Assembly (NCBI GenBank): GCA_964187785.1
Contig: OZ076415.1
Location: forward strand, 70,370,001-70,434,000
Source of the DNA: Amphiscolops sp. MND2022
Taxonomy: Eukaryota
Length of the DNA: 64,000 nt
Direction of reading: 5' to 3'
The notes beneath the pieces are model-generated. The model was given only the letters and a program-made list of their open reading frames with translations, had not been told where the DNA came from and did not search any database. The translations under genes and the position numbers were made by a program. This document shows positions 46,801 through 59,260 of the stretch, one piece after another; the first letter of the stretch is position 1; each line of letters starts with the position of its first letter.

Positions 46801-48602
46801 TTTTTCGCAATTCTGTTTGCCGTTGTGACGTAGAAATGTTGCAAACTTCACCACAACAAAGTTTATCAAAAGCACTGTTTTTCAAGGTCATTTGTGAAAC
46901 ATGATGAGCCTAACGTTTTACATTTTCTGAATTGTTCTGACCAAGGCGATGATGCCACAGCACCGCTTTTTCGTTCTCGCCAAAACAGAACAAATATCAA
47001 ATTCCTTTCCTTTCAAAACGTAATAACGTAATAATTAGCGTGCTCTTCAAAAGGAATAGTTGCTTTTCCATTGACAAAAATGCTCAGAGATTGTCCGACG
47101 TTCATGTGAGCCCCGTTTTGTCTCAACTTGCTAACGCTGATAAAGTTATGAGAATGATCAGGAAAAAAATTAGTGGCAAACTGTCAAATAACGTTCGATC
47201 CCATCTTTGTCCAAAAGTAAGAGAAACTTTTCCAACACCCTCAACTTACGAAAGAAACATATTCACATTTTTTACTTTGCGTTGTGTTTCTTCGCTAAAG
47301 TCGAAGAACATAGAACGGTCAAAAAACTTATGCGGAGAAATACCAGAATCGATGACCAAAGTGTGCTCCTTCACCTCGCATTCTTTCTAGTCTCACTAAA
47401 ATCTCAAAATAGAAGTGTGTCCTCAGCTAGATTTGACTCTCCTGTCTCAGCACTTGACAAAGGGTTCAAAAGGGAGTTTTTTATACATTTATACTCTTCA
47501 CGCCCAAAAAGCCTACAAAAATTGCACTGGGATACTTTAAAAGTGGCTTGCACTACCGAAACACCTACACTATCCAGTGAACTTTTCAGTTTTACGCGGG
47601 GAATTTTTGGCAAGATTTCCTTTGGATAACAAAGCAACATTTTCTTTGCTAGCTGTCGCAGTTTGTAGGCTACGAGAACTTTTGAAATTTTAATGCCGTC
47701 TTTACTTTCGCAAATGACAAAAAATCGTGCACAAATTTGAAATAGTCAAATTCGGAAGGCAAACCTTCGAGAACTATTGAAGTTGAGATGTTCTCAGAAA
47801 CTTTTCCACCAGCGAACTCCAACTGCTTACTTACATACTCCGCTCGCGTCAGGTAGTCAACCATGCTCTCCGTCAGCTCCAATTGCAGGGTTGTGAACTT
47901 CTCCAATAGGTTCATCAACGTCGGTTTTCCGGTGCTGTCGAAAGGTACCGCATTAGTTGCCATGCCTTCGAATCATCACCCTTGCAGTCGTTTGTCAGCA
48001 TCAGGAAACTGCGACTGTCGAGACACTGTACTAAGTACGCTCAAAGTTCGTACTTCTCGTCATTTGTTTCAGCATCTGTCCCATTCAGCATGTTCAGCAG
48101 CTTCTTCGTGGAACAGAACCCCTCGAATCGCTCCTGTCATACAGCGAAGTTGTCGTCCCTGTCATCGAACTGGAGATACTGCAGAGGTTGATCAATCCCT
48201 CACAAACTCCAAACAAAAGCCCGAAACAGGCAGAAGAAAGTAACTGAAACAAAAATGGGGAAGAAAAACAGGAATTCTCACAAGATAAGCTACAAAGTTA
48301 ACGGAAGCAAAACGGCGGTAACTAGTAATATCAGGCATAATTAGCAGAAATTGTGAATGTCCGCAAGAAGCAAAAACTGGGAACGAGAAATGAAGATCAG
48401 ACAAGCCTATGAGAATAAGCGAAAAAACGGTTTAAAAATCAAATTGCTGAGCCCATAACTTGTTAGGGCCTGAACTCTTGATCGTGGCTGGGTTGTCGGA
48501 TTAATGAAGATTGAAAATTGTTGATACTTTGTTTTGAGATGTGTGATGAGAAAGTGATTCAGACAAGTGAAGATAAAAATAACAGGTACATGTTTACAAA
48601 CA
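43887..48602 (-). mobile_element. Degenerate Ty1/Copia LTR retrotransposon
   Basis: About 142-bp LTR cores at 43887-44028 and 48461-48602 (TGTT..ACA). PBS AGTTATGGGCTCAG at 48447-48460 resembles the copia GGTTATGGGCCCAG. UBN2-type gag (47670-47963), INT (DLVFTDVLGP), RT (KPRFVAQ, LYGLKQ, RSDICF) and RH (SCEAEY, LDIFTKNL). Confidence 0.88.
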
Positions 48603-48899
48603 ACAATTAAAACCTGAATTAATTCAGTCTGGTATAGTCTGAGTTGGTTGACCTTCAAGGGTCCTTTTTTAAACGTTTTTTTTCCTGTCATTTTTCCTCT
48701 ATCAGGTCTCATGGATCTTCGTCATCAGTCAAGTGCCATGTGTATCATCATGTTGGGGGGACAAGACACACACCCGTGGTCTGCAACTAAAGTAGGGAAC
48801 CCCATACCAGTTACTATCCCAGTAGAACAGTAACAAAAAGAAACAACCAACAAGCTACTCATACCAGCCACTATCCCAGTCGACCGATAGAAAATTTTT

Positions 48900-49325
48900 C
48901 TGAAGCTGCAATGATATAGAGGTTTGAAAAAAGTACCTATATGTAATAAATTTCTTCGAACGAATCTCTGTCGCTCACAGTTCCTAGAACACAGACCGCA
49001 TTGCCGATCTGAAGAGCTATTGAAATCCGTTGCTTCAAAAAAGCTGCCAGCTCGTTGGTCGTGCAAACGACAGAGCATTTTACAGAGACGCGTGATGAAA
49101 ATTTCACTGCTCTCGCCTAAAGAACCATGTACTTCCAAGCCACCCGTTGAAAAATGTATCCATTGTGTATTAAGACGCGATACTTCTCAATTTTACGCGC
49201 TTCAGCCTCGGTGGTGGTGGTTCCCAGGTTGCATAAGGAGCCTTGATTCAGACGACTGGTTGCAAGAGCATCCGCAACCGTGACATCCCCCATCAGCTGT
49301 TTACCCATTTCCCAAGGAATCATGG
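48900..49325 (-). pseudogene. 3' fragment of an RLE-type (CRE-like) non-LTR retrotransposon
   Basis: IPWEMGKQLMGDVTVADALA...EAEARKIEKY and EVHGSLGESSEIF resemble the restriction-like endonuclease domain. Confidence 0.7.
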
Positions 49326-49330
49326 GAATC

Positions 49331-49719
49331 AGGTCCAGTTTGTAGAACACCAGTTTGTAGGATTCTACAAACTGGTTCTAGGTGCTCCTGTTTGTGAAAT
49401 TTTTTTCTTCAAACTAGATCATTGAATTGAAGCTGAAAAGTGGGGCATATCCGGTGTATGCACGCTCGCCCTCACCGTCGAAAAGACCAGCTCCCACTAC
49501 GATCGTTTCGCGATTTCCGTTCTCGCTAGGTCTTTGATTCTGTTCGACCTCGCTTAGCAATTTGAGAACATAAGCGGCCCCAAGGGGCAGCGGGGCACTA
49601 GAGGTAATGGGGACATATACGAGGCATGTTTTGTACTTTGCATCATTCCTTCAATATTGGTTTTATTGTTTCTCTCAAATTCCAGAAGTCTTCAAACTGG
49701 TATTCTACAAACTGGTCCT
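49331..49719. mobile_element. MITE-like element with ACCAGTTTGTAG subterminal repeats
   Basis: 49332-49360 is an inverted repeat of about 49691-49718; multiple CCAGTTTGTAG / CTACAAACTGG copies at both ends. Confidence 0.55.
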
Positions 49720-49949
49720 AACCAGTTTGTAGAAAACCAGTTTGTAAATACAGGTTGAGAGAGAAAAAAACACTGTATTATTGTATAGCGATAGCTGATG
49801 CCAGTATACAATAAGTGTAGATTGCTTTATGCTGGAGCATAAATGATTTTTTCAAGTTTTACAGTGCGATAAATCAGGTGAAGCGGAAATCACGCCAAGT
49901 ATGAGAAGTATGGATAGGCATACGACTACTTTCCAAAGGTAGATGCTTT

Positions 49950-52740
49950 CTGAGACGACTCTTGAATGTGTGTAGACTTATACTAAAGTCTCTCAAGTAT
50001 AACGGTAGAACGGTAGTGAGTTCCACTTCGAAGAAGAATGATGAAAGAAAGAACTGAAGGGAGATTTATGCTGTATACATTTTTCTTCTTTTTTTTCTCT
50101 CAGATCACTCGAGGATTTAAAACTGGAACGGAAGTAGACAGATTTTAATTCCCAGTTCACATGTTTCTCAAGGGAAAGTAGTATAAGATGGTATATTTGA
50201 ATGGAAAAAATTGCAGAGTATTCGAAATGATTGTTTATTAGCGAGTGGAAAAGCATGATTAAGACTGTGGTCGGAAATTTTTGTGTATAGATTCAATAGT
50301 TTTTATTCCGACCGCATGTTTTTTGGAACATTTTTTACCTGGGTTAAGAACGTCAAGTGTAGATCTAACGTTATTCCAAGATATTTACATTCACATTTCT
50401 TTTTGACAACTGAGGAGCACACAACAACTGTTTCGGAGTCTAGTTGCCTCTTGTCACTTTTACGAGAAAAAGTTATGAATTCTGTTTTACTGCCATTCAA
50501 ATTTAGTAGATGGGACTTGAATTAACTTTCAATATTCAAAATATTTGTGTGCAAACATTGCGAAGCAATGACAGGGTCCTGGTGACTACAAAAAAGCAAA
50601 CAATCATCGGCGTCCTGGATAATGCGAGCATCCTCCGTTATCTGTCCAGTCAGGTCATTGACATATAGGTTGAACAGCAGTGGTCCTAAATTTGTGACCT
50701 GGGGATCGCCTTGCTTCAGTTCTATCCAATCCGATTTGACATCATTCAATGGAACCTGCTGCAGTGTATCACTGAGGAATTTTTTTATAAAGCTGATGGC
50801 CGGAGATGAGAAACTAAGAGACTTGAGTTTTGACAAAAGAATTTCATGTGAAAGTGAGTCAAAAGCTTTTGATAAATCCAGCAAGACTGCATGAACTATT
50901 TTTCCATCCTGAATTTCCTGTTGAACCGATTCGGTGAAAAACAAAACAGCATCTTCTACTGATACTTTTTTTCCTAAAACCAAGTTGGAGTGGAGCGAGG
51001 AGATTTTTTTCTTCAATGTAAGCTGTAATTTGCCTATTATTTTGTTTTTCAAGGATTTTGGAGAACGTTGTTGTAATCGAAATGGGACGATATCTTTTGG
51101 GATCTAGAATGTCAATTTTGTTTTTAAAATGGGGGTTATAGTTGCTCTCGTTATCATCGTAGGAAAGACACTTTCATTAATGCACTCATTCAATATGAAT
51201 GTTAAGTGAGAAGTCAAAATTTGCTTTCCATCCATTATAGCCCACGCGGTCACCTTACAAGGACCGGTAGGTTTGTTCGGTTTCAACTCATTGATGATAT
51301 CGTAACAATCTTTCACTGTGATTGGACTCAAAGAGAACGAAGAATCACCGGGAAGGAAGGATGGATCTGCATCATTGATTTTTCAAAAATTTTGACCAAG
51401 GTTTGAAAACATCAGGTTGAAATGATCGGCCATTTCCTTGTCATCAGCTATCAGTTTACCGTATGAATTTTTCACTGCTGCAACGTTGACCGATTTTTTG
51501 TTTTTCCATCGGGCGTTATTTATGAAACTCCATCTCTCCTTAGCGGTGCACAGAGAGGAAAAACAGCTCCAGGCAAATTTCTCTTGCTTTTCTTTTAGTA
51601 CCTTAGTTGGTTTCTAAGTTTTGAGTACGTAGACCAGGTTTGAGCAGAGTTATTATTACAGCATTCGTAGTAAGCTGCTTGGCGTGCCTGTGTTCAGGTT
51701 TTGCACTCGCTGTCATACCAGGATTCTTTGAAAAGTTTAGGGGTCCTTTTCGGAGAAATATATTTTTGACGGGCGTATGCTTCTCCACAAGTGCTCCACT
51801 TGCATGCTAGCTAACATATAGACAAACTGATTGAACATATCAGTAGCAATCGAACAATTATAGATTTTAGACCATGGGATATTTGTTAGTGACAGACAGA
51901 AAACAGCTTTTTGGTAAGAACTCAAATCGAACTTTTGCAAGATTGTGCACTTCTGTTTTTCAGCGAATACGTTTGTGAAAACTACTGAGCCAAAATGATC
52001 TTTTTTAAAAGGAGTATTAAACACAAAGCATTTACAGTCTAAGATGTTTTCAGCTATTTTATAGTCAATGTGGGATTTTGTAGTTTTACAGACACGCGTA
52101 GGTTAATTTGGGCTAGCTACGGAGATATGGTAATATGACTGTTTTTAGGTTTTCCCGTTCAAGTGGGGTGAGGTAGTCGGAATTGTAATCACCCATCATT
52201 GTGATGTTTGCAGTTTTGCATGTGAAGTTGTCTTTAATAGTTTCTACTTGTTCAAGAAAATCATCTTGAAATTGTTTCAAAGGATTATAAGTTACGTTAA
52301 TCAACATGATTTTCTAGCAATTTTTTGAGAAATCATTCCTACATTCTACCCAGATGGAGTCGAATTTAGTTTTATCAGGAAGGTTTATATCTTTCAAAGG
52401 TACAAAGAGCATTACACCACTGCCTTGTTTTCGAATTTGCAGAACTTCGGTCACATTTGAAAAGCTCGTGGGTGTTTGGGGCTACATTCCAAAAAAACCA
52501 TGCCATCACTAGGAGTTAACCAACTTTCTGAGACACCCACAATTGCGTTTGGTCCCATGTCAATCACAGACGATTTCAACTGAGTACGTTTTTTAGATAC
52601 ATCTTGAAAGTTCATGTGGACTATGCGTAAATTTTGTTTATTTTTGTCGAACAACTTGGAAAAATTATCAAAGCTAATTTCAGGACCTGGATGTTGCTCA
52701 ATATCTCCACATAATTTCAAAAGAGCTCTAGCGAATGTTC
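49950..52740 (-). pseudogene. Degenerate L2/CR1-group LINE ORF2 (2A-like peptide, APE, RT)
   Basis: LKLCGDIEQHPGP; APE VGVSESWLT and MMGDYN; RT LLDLSKAFDSLSH, LGPLLFNLYVNDL, QDADDCLLF and KYLGITLD. Confidence 0.88.
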
Positions 52741-52770
52741 GAAAATCGCATTACGATACACATGCCGGTA

Positions 52771-52796
52771 CGAACTAGCAGGATCCTGCTAGTTCG
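52771..52796. repeat. Perfect 26-bp palindrome
   Basis: CGAACTAGCAGGATCCTGCTAGTTCG equals its own reverse complement. Confidence 0.9.
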
Positions 52797-53566
52797 ATTT
52801 TTGTCCAATCAGAGCGCGAATATTTTTTTTGGAAGTTTTACACTTTTCTCACATTACGCGCATTGATAGGCCGTTACACTCGTTGATTTTGCTACGTACG
52901 TTGACTAGTTTACACCATTGGATAGTACAGTAATTGACTAGCTTACACCATATGACTAGTTTAAGCAATTTGACTAACTACACTGTGCATCTCATATTTA
53001 CACATAGTTCTGGCAATTACGGGTTTTTACTGGTGAGCTACACACGCCGACTCGTAACTACACTGCTTGATTCGCCTACACAGTATCAAATCGCATAAAC
53101 AGTAAATCTGACTACAGGAAGTGCTCACGACAGGGACCAAAATTACCAAGTTCAATGAAGCAACCGCCCCTTCATTATGAGACCTACTTTCATTTGTTTG
53201 GGAAGTCTTGGATGGGGGGGGGGTGTTGTTGGATAAGAAACAGTATTTATCTGAGGGAGGATAAGGCACATGGTCCAAACTTCGTTTTTAGTTCAATAAT
53301 TCAAGATCGGTGTTCCATAAACTACTGTTTTCGGTTTGATAAAGTTTCAACTTCGTATAGACTATTTGTTACAACTTTTCTTGATGTTGCTCACGACAGG
53401 GATCAAAACCACATATGTACGTTATCAATTTTTTATTTTGAATAATATCAATAAATATCAATTAATTTTTTATTGAATAAAAGAATAATATCATGAATTG
53501 ACAATATATTGTTCAGAAATAATAAATTCGATTGTGAGGATTACTCTTTCTTGAAGATGTTGTAAA

Positions 53567-54060
53567 AACAAACCGGGTCCGGCCCAAGTCGGCGCCATAT
53601 CCAAGGCTCAAAAATAGCAAAAGGACTTCCCAGTGTCAAGTATTCTCTTCTACAGTACCCGCATGAAAAAAGGAAAAAAATCGGAAAATTTTCGATTTTT
53701 TTGAAGAACCAAAAAAATGGACTGAGTGGCGCGCCGGGCTGATTTGGGATTTTCCAACATCCATTCTGTCGCAAAACAGCAGAAAAATTGAAGGGGGACC
53801 CTTTGGGGGAAAAATTTCCGAAAAAAGTCTCGCAGTGCCGAAAAAAATTGAAGGGGTACCCTTTGGTCTCGCCCGGTACGGTATGTTACGCGGGAAAACA
53901 GGAAAAACCTTTTTGGTTCAGTTCGCTAGGCCAAATGGTGCAATTTGGTGCAATAATATTTTGTAGAACTTTTAAGAACTACTTTGGTCAGTTCGTGGTG
54001 ATAGAAAAAAAGAGCCACTATAATAGTCGCGTTTCACTTCATGAAGCACCGACTAAAAAA
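53567..54060 (+). mobile_element. HINE-like family copy (complete, about 0.5 kb)
   Basis: Head AACAAACCGGG...AAGTCGGCGCC; tail TAGTCGCG...GAAGCACCGACTAAAAAA. Confidence 0.6.
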
Positions 54061-54424
54061 TTGCAGCTGTTGAAAACTTAAAATTCGCTAAGCCAATGTT
54101 TTCTTCCAGAAAGCGCCTCTTGAGCGTAAACCAGCCAGTCATAAGCGCAGCAACCAATAAGCGTTTTTTGTGGAACCTAATTCACTGCTGACAATCAATT
54201 GTCGATTTAACAGGTTCCTCGGTTGTGGGCAAAGTTATTTTGCCTCTAGTTTCTTCATCTTGACTTTTAATTTCCTGTCCAATTTTGGACGTTTTAAACA
54301 TCCCGAGCTATGAGATCATTTGCTGATATACTTATCGTGCTGGTTTCGGATACTGGATAGCCAACTCTGAATGAAAACCGGATTAAACTTGCTATCAGGT
54401 ACACCGCTAGTGTGAGCAATGCTC

Positions 54425-54680
54425 CAGTTTTTTAGTCGGCGCTTTTTGAAATAAAACGCAACTATTTTAGCGGTTTTCTGTCGCTTTTTTTCCAATCCAA
54501 TCGAAATGACCCAAAAAGTTCTACAATAGGCTTAAGATAAGGAAGTTCTCTCTTATGGTTTTTTATTTCGTCAAGGTGCTTGAAGTTTTCATCTCAAAAT
54601 AACTCAACTTTTTCAAAATTTTTTGAGCTTGAAGGAGCCCCCTCTGGATAATTTTCGCACTGCGGGTGTTTCTGGGATTT
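54425..54680 (-). mobile_element. HINE-like tail fragment
   Basis: TTTTTTAGTCGGCGCTTTTTG followed by reverse-complement matches to 53800-54060. Confidence 0.5.
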
Positions 54681-54783
54681 TCCACGGTACCACGATAGAG
54701 TCTATTAAAAACTAGAGATAGAGTCTATTGAGCCTCGAGCCTTCCGAGTTGAGGAATTCCTGTTGAGGTATTCGAATATTTAG

Positions 54784-55410
54784 TCAAAGTTTCGTGTAAT
54801 GACAAACTGAATATCTAGTGAAATCCGACGGAATATCGTTCAGTCCTGTTTCCGAGACCTCTGCCACATTTCCATCTCCGTCGGGATTTGGATACTTCCA
54901 TAGGAGTTTACTAGCATCCACGACTTTTCCGTCGTTGTTCGTCCAGTTACCATTATCATCAATTCGTATTCCGACATGAAATCTCCTGCGCGGGTCTTCT
55001 GATAACGCAGTGTTATTTAGGAGTTTTGTAAATTCTTGCATACATTTTTTCATAAGTTCCCAATTTTCAGCTATTCTTTTTCAAAAGATTTTGAACCTGT
55101 GTGGGATCAAATGCATCTTTCTGCTCCCAAACGTCTGGACTAGAACAAGTGAACAACCACTAGAACAAGAAAATGGCCGCCGCTCAACTCACTGTTTTCG
55201 TCTCATTGAGTTCTTTTAAAATAAAGGTTTATCGGGCATTTATTTAATCAAAAACGCAAATTAAAAAGACCCTCGCTGACTTGTTAAGCCCAGATTTAGA
55301 GATAAGAAAGTCTATCTGTGACTGTGATCCATCGAAGTCGTCGAAAAGTGTTGCGCCCAGTTTTTCGCAATTAGCTTTAGCTGCATTCCAGCTCTTTGCT
55401 TTTTTGATGC
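54784..55410 (-). CDS. C-type lectin-like domain, probably two exons (about 55410-55281 and 54985-54784); gene or pseudogene
   Basis: Hand translation KSWNAAKANCEKLGATLFDDFDGSQSQIDFLISK joins in phase 2 (AA|GTCAGC ... CGCAG|G) to RFHVGIRIDDNGNWTNNDG...LWKYPNP...LNDIP...SVCHY. Upstream frame is blocked by TGA at 55415-55417. Confidence 0.6.
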
Positions 55411-57293
55411 CTCTTCACGCAGGTTTGCAATAGCATTAGGTGCTTGTTTAGAATATGCCTTTAAAAATCGCATTGTAATGCAAGCATTCCTAGGATTAGA
55501 TTCGTTTGTGTTTATGTACAATGATGTGATGGGTTAGAACTTGGCGTCTCATTAAGCATGTTTTCATCACTGACCTCCTAAAAGTTTTTATCTCTGAAAT
55601 GCCCATCTTTGGGCGTTTTTTCAGTGTATTGGTACTAGTGGTTCGTATCTTGTTTCGAATTATCAAGCGCATGTCCATCATTAATATCTCCACAACTACA
55701 CGTACCATAGAAACGAACTATAGCGCATTTGAAAGGTCTGGTACTGGGCTTTCATTTTGGTCAGGTGAGCCCCTGTCGTCGCGCGCCCTCTCTTTCAGAA
55801 TTTCAGTTTCTTTTTCGGTACTGCCGCCACGCGGCCATTCAGCAGTTCGGGGCTTGCAGTAATAACAAACAGGACATTATTGAGGTTTGTTGCACACGGA
55901 CGTGTTGTGGAAGCGTATGTGGTATAATGCTTAGGCCTTTCAAATCAATCTAAGTACCAATTAATTGTTGAAAAAAAAACTGTGCTAGAGAATATGGGCT
56001 ACTGGCAGAAGGAATCCGAAAGTGAAAAATAGGTAGGCTGCTTCAAAGTACCACTAGGGTCATTAGGGTTAATGACTCTCAACTTGTTTCTTGAAACCTT
56101 TCTTATTATAGGTTTTTATGAAATGCTGAAAAAGATATAAACTGCAATGGTGAACAAAAGGAGTAGCATATTCAACGATAGCCCAAGACGACACCTTTCA
56201 GTGCCAATTTCATTGCGGTCCTTAGTCATGAAAATTGAATGTTTTGAAAGACATTTGATGTTACTTTTATTCATTTTAGAGGCAAAAATAGAAAAGGTGT
56301 AATTACCCCTGTGACGGTTTGCTCTTCTGGTATTCTGATTGCTTGGATTTGTCTGTTCAAGTGAGCTTCGAAAGTGATATTTTTAACATGGAAGGGTCCA
56401 GTGATATACACTGGGAAACCACAAATATTTTTATAGCTCCTTTTTTCTTAGCTCCTTCGTACCTTGATCCCTTCGACTAGAGGTATTCAATTCTTACAAG
56501 GAGCTACGTGGAGTTATTTATTAACAGTTGAAGATATCAAGTAAGCTATTGTCTAGTATAAGTAGTAGGAAGCGTTTGCTATCGTGACTTGTCATTCAGT
56601 TCATTTGTGTAACTTGCAATTTATCATTAGGTTATAATTCTTGGCCTAAAAAACTAGGCTTTGCACTACAATAGGGTAGAAAGTTTTTTTTTAATTTTTG
56701 GAAAATTTACTTGGAATGTTTCATGAATTGACAGTTGTAGAATATTAGCGAGCGGCGAAAGACCCATGGGTCTGCTGCCATGTGTCACTTGTCTAATCAA
56801 ATTCAAGTTAGAAACTTTTCCCTTCCAACGGTATGATCCCTCTTGTACTTTTGATACTTTTTAAACGCTTCTCAAGCACTCTTGGCTCTGAAATTTGCAA
56901 CCATGCCTTATCCATTCAACTACCATCACGTCTCCAGAACCACTGCATGTTTTCCCACCGTGGAACCCCTCAAAACATTTCGGGGGCAAATGTCGTTGCC
57001 AGTAATTTAGCCTCTGAAGCTCCTCGAAAGGTTCCTCATTTATCCATTGACCGTCAACCCTCTTCCCGTTTATGCGACATAAGTTGAGAAATTCACCGTC
57101 GTCTTGTATACTTTTGGAAGTTCCTTGTTGATTTAGCATACATTTCGTTCGATATTATCTCGATAGACTCTACCAGTCCATCTCGCCTAGTTGGGCCTCT
57201 AGAATTTTCTGATCTCATTTTCTTGAGATGAATTGCTTCTATTTATCAGCCACTCTGAGTCCCATAGCCTGGGCCATTTATAACAACCTCTTA

Positions 57294-57309
57294 CTCTCTC
57301 TCTCTCTCT
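57294..57309. repeat. (CT)n microsatellite; a (GA)n tract also lies at 61786-61804
   Basis: Directly visible dinucleotide runs. Confidence 0.85.
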
Positions 57310-57691
57310 AGAGTTTGAAATTCCTTCTCCCAACAATATATCCATGTTACCGTAATCAGACATGTTATCCATTTCTCTAGACTTCTTTCTCTAGACCTCT
57401 AATTGAAGCCATAGAAAAGGTTAAAATGACCTGACCGACTAACAGCCCCGTTAGGCTTTTCAATGGACAAGGACAGGGGTTGGTATTGAATGTAAAATAT
57501 CAGTTAAGGTATATAGTTAGGTCACTAGCTAGCACAGTCACTCCAAAGGGGCATCATTTTAATGTATAATTCCAAGTACATGTTATTTTTCATCAACAAA
57601 TTATAGTAGACTAAATACCAACACCGACTAATTGAATATTTGGACTAGACCATTCCAGCTTTTTATCTATGTAGCATCGCAACAATGAATA

Positions 57692-58198
57692 AACAAGACG
57701 GGAACGTCCAAAGTCGGCGCCATATATAAGGCTCATAAAGCGCAAGACTTCTTTTGAAAGCAAAACTTGAAAATTTTGATTTTTTTCTTTCAGAAAATGT
57801 CGCATAGTGCCAAAAAATGTAAAAGGGGGGACCCTTTGGGGTTTATTAACATATATTCTGTTGGAAAATATAAAAAAACTCGAAAGGGGGACTGTTTTGA
57901 GACATTGAAAAATTTTCGAAAAAAGTCGCACAATGCCGAAAAAAACCAAAGAGGGGACCCTTGAGGCACGTCCGGTTTTGTAGGTTACGTTAAAAAAGTA
58001 AAAAATAAAAGGGGGGGACCCTTTTGCACTAATTTCTGCTGACCGGACTTGGCCTTATGGTAGTAGTTTTAGTAGTTTCGATTGTAAGAAAAGTGGACCA
58101 ATCAGAGTTAGATTGTAGTCTGACGAAAAAAAAAGGAATTAAAAAAAACTAGCCACTGTAATAGTCGGGCACTTTTCACTGGGAAAGCGCCGACTAAA
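57692..58198 (+). mobile_element. HINE-like family copy (clearest complete example)
   Basis: Head AACAAGACGGGAACGTCCAAAGTCGGCGCC; tail TAGTCGGGC...AGCGCCGACTAAA, which forms a hairpin and is inverted relative to the 5' AGTCGGCGC. Confidence 0.62.
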
Positions 58199-59202
58199 TA
58201 ATGAATAAAGATCAAGCCGTCATTGACTACAATGCCACTGACAGCTACGCTAGCTATCCTGAACAGGCAGATATTTGACGGCGCCTGTCTGCCTGTGAGT
58301 ATAGTTGTCTTATCAAATAATGATTGATGCATTTATACAAAAAATTTTACAGGTTTGAAAAAGCAAATTATACAACTGTTTTGAAAACTTTAGTTTGTAG
58401 TAAAGGAATGGTTCTGGGTAAGGCAGTGTGTCTTGCTTTGTCTATCGTGTTGGGGTCGCCATCACATGCGGCAGCCTGCGACAGATACAGCGCCAACGGT
58501 TGGAATAAAGCGAATTTTCGATCGAAACAAAAACAGCGAATTCGAGAAGTGTGTTATCATGATTCAAATTGAAAGAATCCGATTTTTGGCACTTGTTAGA
58601 TGCGAACACTCGCTCTGTAGGACAATTTGGTTGCAGTTGTTCACGTTGAAAAGAATGGTTGTGTGACACCCTCGGAGCAAGAGCCGAACTTTGGGTACAG
58701 GTCTTTCAGACTTGGCAATAGATTATCGCTATACTTGCAATAAGTGGAAGTTAGTCAAAGTTTTGACTAACTTACACCATGTTTATATGCATTCAAAACT
58801 CAGTGTTCATTTTAATTCCAATTCATACCACAGCATCGTAAACCAGTCAAAGTAAACAATGATTCAATAAATAATTAGTTATTACTGAGCTCTACCGTGC
58901 ATAGTACGTATAAACTGCATTCAATGCAAGTTGCACACGTGAACACGTGTGTTTCATCCACGCATTTACGTGCAAATAAAATACCTTGTAGCTTCTAATT
59001 AGTACAATTGATTGATCTGTCAACAGGTTTCCTATTTTAACAAAACATAATTTCAAAGCAGCCCTCATTAATAGTTGCCTAACATTTATTTTGGTCCCTG
59101 TCGTGAGCACAGTCACCGGAATGATTGGAAAACTTGTTATTTTGTGTTCATTATTTATCAAGTGTAGACGCACTACACGCGACCCTGGCTCTACAGTAAA
59201 AC

Positions 59203-59260
59203 AACAAGACGGGAACGTCTCGAATCGGTGCCCCGCTGAAAGCGCAGCAATGTATTTTTA
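59203..59260 (+). mobile_element. HINE-like head fragment
   Basis: AACAAGACGGGAACGTCTCGAATCGGTGCCCCGCTGAAAGCGC. Confidence 0.5.

Noticed and set aside
43882-48637. TATAG as a confirmed TSD of the second Copia
   Set aside because: The right-hand copy is 30 bp beyond the alignable LTR and is not preceded by CA, so it may be chance.
56861-57139. 92-aa minus-strand ORF as a host exon
   Set aside because: Plausible composition but no recognisable domain or supporting splice structure.
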